From an uncultured Bacillales bacterium (GTDB lineage Bacteria > Bacillota_I > Bacilli_A > RFN20 > CAG-826): a stretch of 64,000 bases of DNA. Under the pieces are notes generated by a model. The model did no database searches. It was given only the letters and a program-made list of their open reading frames with translations, and had not been told where the DNA came from. The first letter of the stretch is position 1; every line of letters starts with the position of its first letter. Positions 18,154-27,534 of this stretch are shown here, one piece after another. A program made the position numbers and the translations under genes. The DNA lies in NCBI GenBank assembly GCA_946612115.1, contig CAMOEI010000006.1, positions 11,484-75,483 on the forward strand, written 5' to 3'.

Positions 18154-20169
18154 ATGAGAAAAAGATTTCTTAGTGTTATTACTATTATCTCCATGTTAGG
18201 ACTTAGCTCTTGTGCCGGTGCATCAGGCCCAAAGTATTACTCAGTCCGATGGGTGGACCACGATGGAACTCTATTAGAGTTAGATGAAAAGGTCAAAGAA
18301 GGAGAAATGCCTTCTTATGATAGCGCCACCCCAACACGAGCGGCGGATGCGCAATATTCCTACGTATTTGAAGGTTGGAGTCCAGAAGTTGCAGCAGTTA
18401 GTAAAGATGTTACTTACACTGCGACTTACACTCAAACCACACGAATGTATACGGTGAGATGGGTCAACTATAATGACGTAGAACTCGAAGTTAAAACTAA
18501 TGTTCTTTATGGAACAGTTCCAGTTTATCCAGGAACAACAGATCCTAGTAAACCATCAACAACCGAAAAATCCTATAACTTTACAGGTTGGGAACCAACC
18601 CCTGAGGCAATCACAGGCGATGTGACCTATAAAGCTCAATTTGAAGAGGTTGCAAGAAAATACACCATCACGTGGGTTGATGAAAACGAAGAACCTCTTG
18701 AAACAAGCCAAGTTGCCTATGGCACTGTCCCAGAATATCCAGGTGATTATGATCCAAGCAAAGCTTCAACAGAAGACTACAATTACTACTTTGCTGGTTG
18801 GAATCCAGTTCCAGTGGCGGTTACTGGTGACGCAACTTACACCGCAACCTATACTGCTAAGAGAAAATACACCATCACTTGGAATGATGATGAAGGTCAT
18901 CTTTTAGAAACATCTAAGGCTGAAGAAGGAACAATTCCAACTTATCCTGGTACACAAGATCCTTCTAAAGAATCAACTGCACAATATACCTACACATTTA
19001 CTGGCTGGAATCCAACACCTGTCGCAGTTACTGGTGACGCAATCTATGCTGCAACATTCAGCAGCGAAGTCAACAAATACACCATTAGATGGGTTGATGA
19101 CGAGGGCGCAGAACTCGAAGTTGATGAGAATGTCGAATACGGAACGACTCCTTCATTTGAAGGCTCAACTGATAAATCAGATAGTGAACTTTATCACTAC
19201 ACATTTACTGGCTGGGATCCAGCAGTGGAAGATGTAACTGGAAATCAAACTTACACCGCTACATATGACAAGACCAGTCTTTATGAAAATTCTTCTGCAG
19301 CGTTATTAACTGATAACGGAAGAATCAATGAAACTTACACAGCAGCAAAGACTTATCAAAAGAATACATCAACTAAAGTTGACTACTTCTCTCAAGTCGG
19401 ATGGACAGTTTCTTATGGCGCAAAGAGTGATGCTGATGCAACCAAATTCCAAATTGGTAACTGCATACATCCTGATTATGGATATCACGGTGATTTAACT
19501 CCTGAACAGTCCACAATGGCAGCAGAAACTGATCAAACAACAGATACTTATAAGATTGCTGCAGCAGTCGGATCTGCTGAGACAACTCACTTAGTGTCCG
19601 CTATTTGGTCTGATACATATTTTGAAGGACTAAATGATATTCACTTCTATTGGAGAGATTGTGAAACCCCTGGTTATGTCAGAATGGTTTATCAAATCAA
19701 AGGTGAAGATGAATGGAAAGTCTTAGAACGTGACAATGGCAATAACGCTGCCGATGCTTTAAGTGGATATGCTCCTGATGGCAAGAACACCGCTAGTGGA
19801 ACCAGTGGAGATTTTAACCGCTATTCTTATGAAAACTATTTAACAAATGGTTCAAGTTTAAAGAATAGAGCGGTTAGAATTGGGTTTGTCTACACTGTTT
19901 ACAACAGTCAAAGTAAGACTTACTACATGAACCTTGGTGGTATCGTCATTAATGCTGCTCAAGAAGCAATTAACTTCGCTAATAGAATTGGCGCTAATTA
20001 TGCTGATTACAGTGCTAACTGGCAATACAAGAACACCTTAAAAATTATCTATAACTCAATCGCTCCATTTGAGGATGAATTAAAAAATACTGAAATCACA
20101 GCGTTTGATGTTGAAGATACTAATTACTACGATTTCTTAACCACAGTGAAAGCTGCTTGGAATATTTAA
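18154..20169 (+). CDS. lipoprotein with six Listeria-Bacteroides (Flg_new) repeats and a C-terminal domain
   Basis: Lipobox LSSC. Six ~75-aa repeats of the form YT(I/V)RWVD..G..LE....YGT.P.YPG..DPSK...YTF.GW.P.P.AVTGD.TY.A.Y. Confidence 0.75.
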   Translation: MRKRFLSVITIISMLGLSSCAGASGPKYYSVRWVDHDGTLLELDEKVKEGEMPSYDSATPTRAADAQYSYVFEGWSPEVAAVSKDVTYTATYTQTTRMYTVRWVNYNDVELEVKTNVLYGTVPVYPGTTDPSKPSTTEKSYNFTGWEPTPEAITGDVTYKAQFEEVARKYTITWVDENEEPLETSQVAYGTVPEYPGDYDPSKASTEDYNYYFAGWNPVPVAVTGDATYTATYTAKRKYTITWNDDEGHLLETSKAEEGTIPTYPGTQDPSKESTAQYTYTFTGWNPTPVAVTGDAIYAATFSSEVNKYTIRWVDDEGAELEVDENVEYGTTPSFEGSTDKSDSELYHYTFTGWDPAVEDVTGNQTYTATYDKTSLYENSSAALLTDNGRINETYTAAKTYQKNTSTKVDYFSQVGWTVSYGAKSDADATKFQIGNCIHPDYGYHGDLTPEQSTMAAETDQTTDTYKIAAAVGSAETTHLVSAIWSDTYFEGLNDIHFYWRDCETPGYVRMVYQIKGEDEWKVLERDNGNNAADALSGYAPDGKNTASGTSGDFNRYSYENYLTNGSSLKNRAVRIGFVYTVYNSQSKTYYMNLGGIVINAAQEAINFANRIGANYADYSANWQYKNTLKIIYNSIAPFEDELKNTEITAFDVEDTNYYDFLTTVKAAWNI

Positions 20170-20236
20170 GAAGCAAAGCAAACTATTAAAACTATTAAAA
20201 CACTTAAAAAAAGATGTCTTAAGACATCTTTTTTGC

Positions 20237-22660
20237 TTAATCAATTACTTCAATTGTTATCTTCTTAGGATAATCAGAGACATCAAATTTGTTGCTCTCT
20301 AATTTATTTCCGTTAGCTAGAATTGTTCTCTTTCCTTTACCTTTATTTCGGTAGTGAAGATCAACTCTCTTTCCTTTGATTGTTAGAGAGATGTTTGCTT
20401 CCTTAGAAGGCATTTCTCTAACTGGATTGATCTCTACTTCATCACCAATTTTTGGCTTAATACCAAACATATCAAAGATAATTGCTTTTAATAATGTATT
20501 ACTGCTACCGGTATACCAGTCGTTCATACTTTCTCCATCGATACCAAGTTCTTTGTTATAACCATAGGAGTTAGGCATTACAAACGGAGAGACAGAAATC
20601 TTATTGTGAGTAAGAGGAATTAATTTTGAAATTTGTTCAAACGCTTTCTTTCCTTCATTCATCAATAAGAGGGAACGGACCGCAAACATCGCTCCATGGA
20701 TATATGTTGCTGCGTTTTCTGCAGTTCCTTTAGGAAGATTAACAATTCTTCCAACTTTATAAGCGTCTTCTCGGTCAAAATATTCATTAAAGGTCTTGTA
20801 GCCATATTTGCTATCTAAAGCTTCATACGCTTCAAGAATAGATTCTTTTAATTCTGGATGTTTCTTATACATCTTCGAGATGACATAGAAAGCGTGAGAT
20901 GTTACAGAGTAACGGTCTTTGTTATCAACATCACATTTACTTCCGACATAGAATGATTTATCTTCACCCCAGCCGTGAACGATACGATTATCTTTAACAG
21001 CGTATTTCATAAATCCTCTAAGGACCTGTTCTGCTGTTTCTAGATAAATAGTTTCTTCACGCATAAAGTCTGCGATATCATCCATCTCTAAAAGATTGAG
21101 ATATAGGTGCTCGGTGGCCATAACGGATACACCGTTACCGTATTCTTTTCCTTTATTTGATGCGCCTAGACCATCGACTGCGTCATTCCAGTCTCCATAT
21201 AGAGTTCTAAGACAATGTGTATCTTCATCAATGTTAGAAATGAGATAGTGGATGATTCGGCATAAATGTTCATACACTGTTTCTTGTTTATCTATTAAAG
21301 TTGCTTGTTTCTTTGATTTGAGTTCCACATAGCCACATTTCTCGTTAAGAATTGAGTAGTCATTAGTGAAAGCGAGGTATTTCCAAATAGTGGAGATGAT
21401 CCATTGTCCTTGATCAATGAATTCTCTGCTATCAACAAGTGCGTCTTTTCCAGTGCTTGGAGCAGCGTATTGTCTCATCGCTCTTCCTTCGAGTGTGATG
21501 TAGTTAAGAGACTCTAGGATTTTCTTTTTGGCGTTTTCCTTGTTCCAAAGTAAAGACACCTCTAACATTTGATAGAGATCTCTAATACCTAAAAGCATTA
21601 AAGAAGAGTTCTTTGCATTAGCGCAATAATCGACTTGGTCGACTACTGACGCAATGAATTTATTAAAGAGTTCATTATTGATTTCTGAATCAGTGAATTT
21701 TCCGAAAGAAATAGCGATTTTTTCGTTTTTATTTGGTTTTTGAATGGAATTTACATCATTTTTGCTATTTTCTCCAAACCTTAATTCAAGCTCATAACTA
21801 ACTTTATAGGACTCGTTTGGTTGAAGAGTTATTTTGTTCAAATCACCATAAGCTGCCATATTAGTGAAAGTGGAAACTTGCTTGCTATTTTCAAAAGATC
21901 CTTCTCTTAAAAATCTTGATTGGGAAATGGAGTAATTCTTATTTCCAACATAATCTTTTCTAGATGAGACTGCGGAGTAATCTTTTGCTTTATTTTGAAC
22001 TTTTACATCTAGATAACTATGGAGATGTTCCTCTCTAGATAAGTCTTCAACAGAGTGGAATTCTGCTCCATTAGCTTTTAATGAGCAAGTTCTAAACCAT
22101 TTTGTTTCTTCTGTCTCAAACGCTCCGTGAGTAAGGAGTGGATTGAAATAAGAAGATAATAATACTTCTTGAAGTTTCTTTGATTTGTTGATGACTTCAA
22201 GTTCAAAAGAAGCAGCACGTTTACTATCGACCTTTCCTTTTAAACAGAAGATTACTTTCTTGTATTCTCTAATGTATTTGAATTCTTCTTTATTAAAGAT
22301 CACATAGACATCGAATTCTCTACCAAGTTCCGTATCAGCGGATCCGGACAAAGAGAAGACATCAAATCTATCTTTGTTTTTAATTCCTCCGAAGAAAGAG
22401 ACATATGGTTCTTTTCCTTCAAGTTCAGGAGGAAAGATGAAGAAGTTAGATTCATTTAATGTGATGTTTCCTGAAGAATAGGCCCATAAGGTAAACCCAT
22501 CAAGAGAATAAGGATATCGAGCGTCTCCATCAGGATTTGGCAATGCCAAAATGTTGCCGCCTTTTAAAAAGTAGCAACCACTTGGTAAAGAAGCATCTTG
22601 TGGATGCTCCTTAATTATTCTTTTAGATTCTTTTAGTAATTTGATTGCTTCGTTTTCCAT
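20237..22660 (-). CDS. cytoplasmic (alpha/alpha)6-type glycoside phosphorylase/hydrolase, GH94-like (candidate chitobiose/cellobiose-type phosphorylase)
   Basis: 807 aa, no signal peptide. GDWNDAVDGLG motif resembling the GH94 catalytic region. Located in a sugar-uptake locus. Confidence 0.5.
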   Translation of the reverse strand: MENEAIKLLKESKRIIKEHPQDASLPSGCYFLKGGNILALPNPDGDARYPYSLDGFTLWAYSSGNITLNESNFFIFPPELEGKEPYVSFFGGIKNKDRFDVFSLSGSADTELGREFDVYVIFNKEEFKYIREYKKVIFCLKGKVDSKRAASFELEVINKSKKLQEVLLSSYFNPLLTHGAFETEETKWFRTCSLKANGAEFHSVEDLSREEHLHSYLDVKVQNKAKDYSAVSSRKDYVGNKNYSISQSRFLREGSFENSKQVSTFTNMAAYGDLNKITLQPNESYKVSYELELRFGENSKNDVNSIQKPNKNEKIAISFGKFTDSEINNELFNKFIASVVDQVDYCANAKNSSLMLLGIRDLYQMLEVSLLWNKENAKKKILESLNYITLEGRAMRQYAAPSTGKDALVDSREFIDQGQWIISTIWKYLAFTNDYSILNEKCGYVELKSKKQATLIDKQETVYEHLCRIIHYLISNIDEDTHCLRTLYGDWNDAVDGLGASNKGKEYGNGVSVMATEHLYLNLLEMDDIADFMREETIYLETAEQVLRGFMKYAVKDNRIVHGWGEDKSFYVGSKCDVDNKDRYSVTSHAFYVISKMYKKHPELKESILEAYEALDSKYGYKTFNEYFDREDAYKVGRIVNLPKGTAENAATYIHGAMFAVRSLLLMNEGKKAFEQISKLIPLTHNKISVSPFVMPNSYGYNKELGIDGESMNDWYTGSSNTLLKAIIFDMFGIKPKIGDEVEINPVREMPSKEANISLTIKGKRVDLHYRNKGKGKRTILANGNKLESNKFDVSDYPKKITIEVID

Positions 22661-22666
22661 GAACGA

Positions 22667-24079
22667 TTAATATTGCCAATCATTCCAACCTGTTCTTGCA
22701 GTGTTGTAAATGGTGCTAAATAAACCATCAATTCCTGCTCCATCAATGATGTCATCATATGGTCTTAATCCAGATTGGCACCAGACATCAACGTTTCCGT
22801 TTAAGTAGCATCTAGCGCTTGAGTTGTTTGTGAAAGCGTATGTTAATGAATTTCTATAGGAAATGATTGATTCCATACAGGTGTTTTCAGCTTCATATGT
22901 TCCTTCAGAAAGGTCATATGCCATAAAGCCTTGAGCTTTTTGATTGAAAATCTTTAAGACTTGGTCCGAAACCAAAGTCTTGATAAAGGATTTGGCTAGA
23001 TCAGCCTTAATTGTTGATTTAGGAACAACGATGAATTGATCTTCACCAATAATATATCCAGCGTGTGGGTTTGTTGCACCAGTAACAGTAGGCGCACCCA
23101 TAAGCTTCATTTCAAATGTATCAGCGTAATCAGCGTAGGATTTCCCAGCAGAGGCTAAGAAGTCTCCAATTTCCTTATAGATCCAGTCACAGTTGATCAT
23201 CATTGCGGCGTGGCCTTCTAAGAAATCTGATTGAGCGTATTTCGCAGCGGTTTGTTTATGATAGTTTGCTGAGTTATTGAAAATGCTAGCCCAGAGTTGA
23301 GTAGCTTGTTTTAAGCCAGCGTATGCTGGGTGAGTAGTGCTTGCAGTGTTAAAGACATCTGAATCTTGGTAGTTGAAGAAATCAGTAATCGCCTCTTGTC
23401 CAGAGATTTGTCCCCACCATGAGAAGACTAAATAATCGAAATAGTCCGGGTTTTTTGATGTGATGACAAATGGTTTGATGACTGCGTCATCTTCGTCATC
23501 ATATTTCTTGTGGTCAGTTCTAATCTTGTTAACAGTTTCTATTAATTTTTCATAAGTGGTTGGGATTTCCCATCCATTCTTATCGAAGAGTTTTTTATTG
23601 TAATAAATACCACCGGTACCGGAGACGAATGGTAAGCGGTAAACATGAGATCCTCTTCCACCAGATAAGGTGTAATTGATGTGACCACGGTATTCTTTTG
23701 TTAACTTATCTTTGATAGCGACTCCATCTACTTCTTCATCGACAAAAGTATCGAGTTCAAGAAGTTTGCCATCATCAGCGTAGGATTTCCACGCGGCATC
23801 CGTACAGATGTATAAATCATCTATATTATTTTTACTGTAAATGTGTTTTTGAATTAAGGCACCAGCTTTGGCGTCGAGAGTTAAATTGATGGAATAACCA
23901 GGATTAGCGGCTTCCCAAATGGACTTCGCGCTTTTAATCCAATCTTCACCATAACCTCTATTTAAAACGATGACGTTTAACTTGGTCTTGTCGTTCTTTT
24001 TCTTTGTACAACCCGCTAAAGTTGAAACAGCAGCTAAAGCCACCGCAACAAAAGATAGTTTTCTTAAAACGCGCTTCAT
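22667..24079 (-). CDS. ABC transporter sugar-binding lipoprotein (SBP family 1)
   Basis: Lipobox LAGC. Size and composition typical of oligosaccharide-binding proteins. Adjacent to the phosphorylase and divergent from the permease genes. Confidence 0.8.
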   Translation of the reverse strand: MKRVLRKLSFVAVALAAVSTLAGCTKKKNDKTKLNVIVLNRGYGEDWIKSAKSIWEAANPGYSINLTLDAKAGALIQKHIYSKNNIDDLYICTDAAWKSYADDGKLLELDTFVDEEVDGVAIKDKLTKEYRGHINYTLSGGRGSHVYRLPFVSGTGGIYYNKKLFDKNGWEIPTTYEKLIETVNKIRTDHKKYDDEDDAVIKPFVITSKNPDYFDYLVFSWWGQISGQEAITDFFNYQDSDVFNTASTTHPAYAGLKQATQLWASIFNNSANYHKQTAAKYAQSDFLEGHAAMMINCDWIYKEIGDFLASAGKSYADYADTFEMKLMGAPTVTGATNPHAGYIIGEDQFIVVPKSTIKADLAKSFIKTLVSDQVLKIFNQKAQGFMAYDLSEGTYEAENTCMESIISYRNSLTYAFTNNSSARCYLNGNVDVWCQSGLRPYDDIIDGAGIDGLFSTIYNTARTGWNDWQY

Positions 24080-24243
24080 AAAGTTCTCCTTAGTTTTTTT
24101 AGAAACTGAAAAAATGATTCATCTTGATTATAATTAATTATTTTCGTAATTAAAAGAGTGAAATTTCAAAATAGTGCTAATTTTTTCACAAAATAAAAAA
24201 ATGTTAATGAATTTTACAATACTCATTCTATAATTGAGATATA

Positions 24244-25671
24244 ATGAGAACTTCTGGTAAGCGTGTAGTTTCGTTTATTTTGATGTCTTTGATGTCTTTT
24301 ACTATGACCTCATGTGTAAAAGAAGAAAAGGTTAAGAATGTTTTAAGTATGGGGGACGAAATTATTACCCTTGACGATGTCAAACTAGATTACTCCAAAG
24401 CAATCTTTGATGATTTCTCTAATGGTGTTGATTATTCAAGATGGATCATCGGTAATGGCGCGTGGGGAGAAAAAAATGGTGGAGTTGTTCCTGATAATGT
24501 CTCTTATACAGAAGATGGTGTCGTTCTTTTAGCGGGCAATGGTAACTATTACGCGAAAGAAGAGATTAAAGGTGTTGGAGAACTTAAAGATGGTCGCTCT
24601 ACAGGCGCATGCTTAGTTTCCAAATTTATTACCGGACCTGGACATTACGAAATCAGAATGAAACCTCTTCCAAGAAAAGGTGCATGTACAGCATTCTGGA
24701 CATATAACAATAGATTAGTCCCAGGACAAAAAGACCGTGACAATCACGAGATTGATATCGAACTTCCTGGTGGAAAAGAAAGCAGTGATATTTCTTTTAG
24801 AAATGTTTTGAATACTAATTATACAACAGAACTATTAAATGAATCTCAAGACGTTTCTTTAGCGGAAGCCACTAATGGAAAAACCATTTTCCTAAATGAC
24901 GGTAAGTTCCATACCTTTGGATTTGAGTGGTACACCAATCCTAAGAGAGTGGTTTATTTCGTTGATGGTTATGTTACCGCCTATAGCGATGGTGAATACT
25001 ATGTTCCTACTTATCAAACTAGAGTCTGGATTGGTAACTGGTTCCCTTCAAATGAAGCTTTTGTTGGCAATGCTGAGTTTGAAAGAGATTACTTGGAACT
25101 CGATTGGTTTAAATACATCCCATTTGATGAGAGCCAACCATCCGATAATGTCTATCCAGAAGTCACAATTAATCAAGCTCTAGAAATCCAATACCCAAAA
25201 ACACCGGTTTCTTATCCAAAGGTTAATTTATTAGCTAATGGTGATTTTGAATATATCAATAAAAAAGGAACTCAAAATGGTTTTGGCTGGAACTTTTCTG
25301 AAAACGCTCATATCGAATTAACTGGTGGACCTGATGGTAGTTCTGCCGCTTTAATTAACGGAGAAGGGAGCTTATCCACAAACATCGACTCCACATATGA
25401 TGGATTTAAATACAAGTTATCTCTCGACTATTTTTCTAGTGGCTCTGCTCCATTTGTCGAAGTTAGATTTAAAGATTTAGGAAATCACATTGTAAGTCTT
25501 AAAACCATTAAATATAATCTTCCAAACACTGGTGGTTGGACTCATTTTGAACAAGAGTTTGAAGTCCCAGAAGAGATTAACTCTTTAAATATTAGATTAA
25601 GAAGTACTGACCCAAGCACAAAGCTTTGTGTTGATAATGTTGATTTAGCGAGGATTTATGGAGAATCTTAG
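24244..25671 (+). CDS. GH16 beta-glucanase-like lipoprotein with a C-terminal carbohydrate-binding module
   Basis: Lipobox MTSC. GH16 catalytic motif EIDIE (ExDxE). C-terminal CBM4/9-like beta-sandwich. Confidence 0.8.
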   Translation: MRTSGKRVVSFILMSLMSFTMTSCVKEEKVKNVLSMGDEIITLDDVKLDYSKAIFDDFSNGVDYSRWIIGNGAWGEKNGGVVPDNVSYTEDGVVLLAGNGNYYAKEEIKGVGELKDGRSTGACLVSKFITGPGHYEIRMKPLPRKGACTAFWTYNNRLVPGQKDRDNHEIDIELPGGKESSDISFRNVLNTNYTTELLNESQDVSLAEATNGKTIFLNDGKFHTFGFEWYTNPKRVVYFVDGYVTAYSDGEYYVPTYQTRVWIGNWFPSNEAFVGNAEFERDYLELDWFKYIPFDESQPSDNVYPEVTINQALEIQYPKTPVSYPKVNLLANGDFEYINKKGTQNGFGWNFSENAHIELTGGPDGSSAALINGEGSLSTNIDSTYDGFKYKLSLDYFSSGSAPFVEVRFKDLGNHIVSLKTIKYNLPNTGGWTHFEQEFEVPEEINSLNIRLRSTDPSTKLCVDNVDLARIYGES

Positions 25672-26644
25672 AAACGTCGGAATCGATAGTGTTGTAGCGG
25701 AAAAGCCACAATACGTGAAGCATCACATCTCTAAGAAAACTAGAGACGCGATTTTCATTATTATCATGCTCGCTTATCCAATCCTTCAATTCGTTATTAC
25801 ATGGTCTTTTGTGAACATCAATTCCATTATTATGGCGTTCCAGGATGTCCAAGGAGAATTCACTTTTAACAACTTTAAAGTGATTTTTGACGATATTTTC
25901 AATGTTAATGGCACAGTTCAAAACCACACTGGAGTGTCATTCTTAAATGATCGAACAGTCATTCTTCTTAACTCCTTTGGTTTTGCGTTAGTGACTATTT
26001 TCATCTCATTACCTCTTTCACTGTTATTTGCGTATTTCTTACATAAAAAGATGCCAGCAGCGAATGTCTTTAGATTCATTTTCTTCTTACCTAACATCAT
26101 TCCTGTTGTTGCTTTAACATTCGCATTCGTTACTGGATTTAATACTGACTTTGGTGGATACTTTGCTAAGATCTTTGGAATTGATCAAGATTTATTAACT
26201 CATTACCCAACAAACCAAATCCTTGTTTATGGTTATTGTGTTTGGGCCGGCTTAGGATATAACATCATCCTCATTTCTGGAGCGATTGGAAGAATTCCTA
26301 AAGAACTCTTTGAATCCGCTGAACTCGATCACGCTGGATATTTCAAAGAATTCATCCACGTTGTCATTCCTTGCATCTGGCCAACAATCGTTACTCTCGT
26401 CGTTTTAGGAATGACCAATGTCTTAACTCTTTACTTACAACCTTACATGCTTGATTCTTTTGGAATCGGAAGATATGGAACAGGAACGATTGCCTGGAAT
26501 ATCTTTGACGCAGCACAGCATCAAAACAAACTCAATCTCCGACGCGCTAGTGCGTATGGATTATTCTTCTCGCTATTATGGGCACCAATGATTATGCTCG
26601 TTAGACACTTCTTATCAAAGAAGTTCGAAGGAGTCGACTACTAA
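25658..26644 (+). CDS. sugar ABC transporter permease (MalF/UgpA type)
   Basis: Six TM helices and an EAA-like loop (ELFESAELDHAG). Confidence 0.9.
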   Translation: MENLRNVGIDSVVAEKPQYVKHHISKKTRDAIFIIIMLAYPILQFVITWSFVNINSIIMAFQDVQGEFTFNNFKVIFDDIFNVNGTVQNHTGVSFLNDRTVILLNSFGFALVTIFISLPLSLLFAYFLHKKMPAANVFRFIFFLPNIIPVVALTFAFVTGFNTDFGGYFAKIFGIDQDLLTHYPTNQILVYGYCVWAGLGYNIILISGAIGRIPKELFESAELDHAGYFKEFIHVVIPCIWPTIVTLVVLGMTNVLTLYLQPYMLDSFGIGRYGTGTIAWNIFDAAQHQNKLNLRRASAYGLFFSLLWAPMIMLVRHFLSKKFEGVDY

Positions 26645-27534
26645 TGGAAGATTTATCAAGAGCCTATCGCGGTGAGAAATACATCACCAAAAAGAAAGAT
26701 GTCGGATATCACACTACTAAGTGGGTCGTTTTTCTTATCTTTGTTCTTTATGGCGCGACCTTATTATTCCCATTCTTATGGATGCTTCTCAACTCCTTTA
26801 AAAATGGTGTTGAATTCATCGGAAATATGTTTGGATTGCCACAAGAATTCGACGGTCTCAATTTTATTGAGGTCTTAGAATACGAGATGCCTTCAGGACA
26901 AACTATTGGTTCAATGGTTTTGATGTCGTTCTTAGTAACAATCTTAGGTACCACAATTAACATCTTCTTCTCGGCGTGTACCGCTTATATCTTAGCGAAA
27001 TACCGCTTCCCTGGAAGAAATGTGATTTACGCTATTGCCATCTTTACAATGATTGTTCCTATCGTTGGAACTCTTCCAAGCCAAATCAAGATGATGGACT
27101 TATTCTTCCCAGATAAATCGATTCTTGGAGTCTTATTCCTTTATTCCGGATGTTTCGGATTTAACTTCATCCTTCTTTATAGTGCGTTCTCTAGTGTCTC
27201 TAATTCTTATATTGAAGCTGCATCTATTGACGGAGCAGGAAGATTTAAGACCTTCTTTGGTGTTATTCTTCCACAAGTTAAAGGTTCAATCATTGCTTGT
27301 TCAGTTCTTCAAGCGATTGCCTTATGGAACGATTACACAACCCCAATGTTATTCCTTCCTGATGATCAACAAACCTTAGCGGTTGGATTGATGTCACTTC
27401 AAACGGAGTTTGATGGAGATTATCCAAAACTCTTTGCCTCAATGCTTATCGCCGTTTTACCAATTCTAATTATTTACATGATCTTCCAAAAGAAAATCAT
27501 CGAATCCACTAATGCGGGAGGTCTTAAAGGATAA
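26644..27534 (+). CDS. sugar ABC transporter permease (MalG/UgpE type)
   Basis: Six TM helices and an EAA motif (IEAASIDGAGRF). Start overlaps the upstream stop (TAATG). Confidence 0.9.
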   Translation: MEDLSRAYRGEKYITKKKDVGYHTTKWVVFLIFVLYGATLLFPFLWMLLNSFKNGVEFIGNMFGLPQEFDGLNFIEVLEYEMPSGQTIGSMVLMSFLVTILGTTINIFFSACTAYILAKYRFPGRNVIYAIAIFTMIVPIVGTLPSQIKMMDLFFPDKSILGVLFLYSGCFGFNFILLYSAFSSVSNSYIEAASIDGAGRFKTFFGVILPQVKGSIIACSVLQAIALWNDYTTPMLFLPDDQQTLAVGLMSLQTEFDGDYPKLFASMLIAVLPILIIYMIFQKKIIESTNAGGLKG

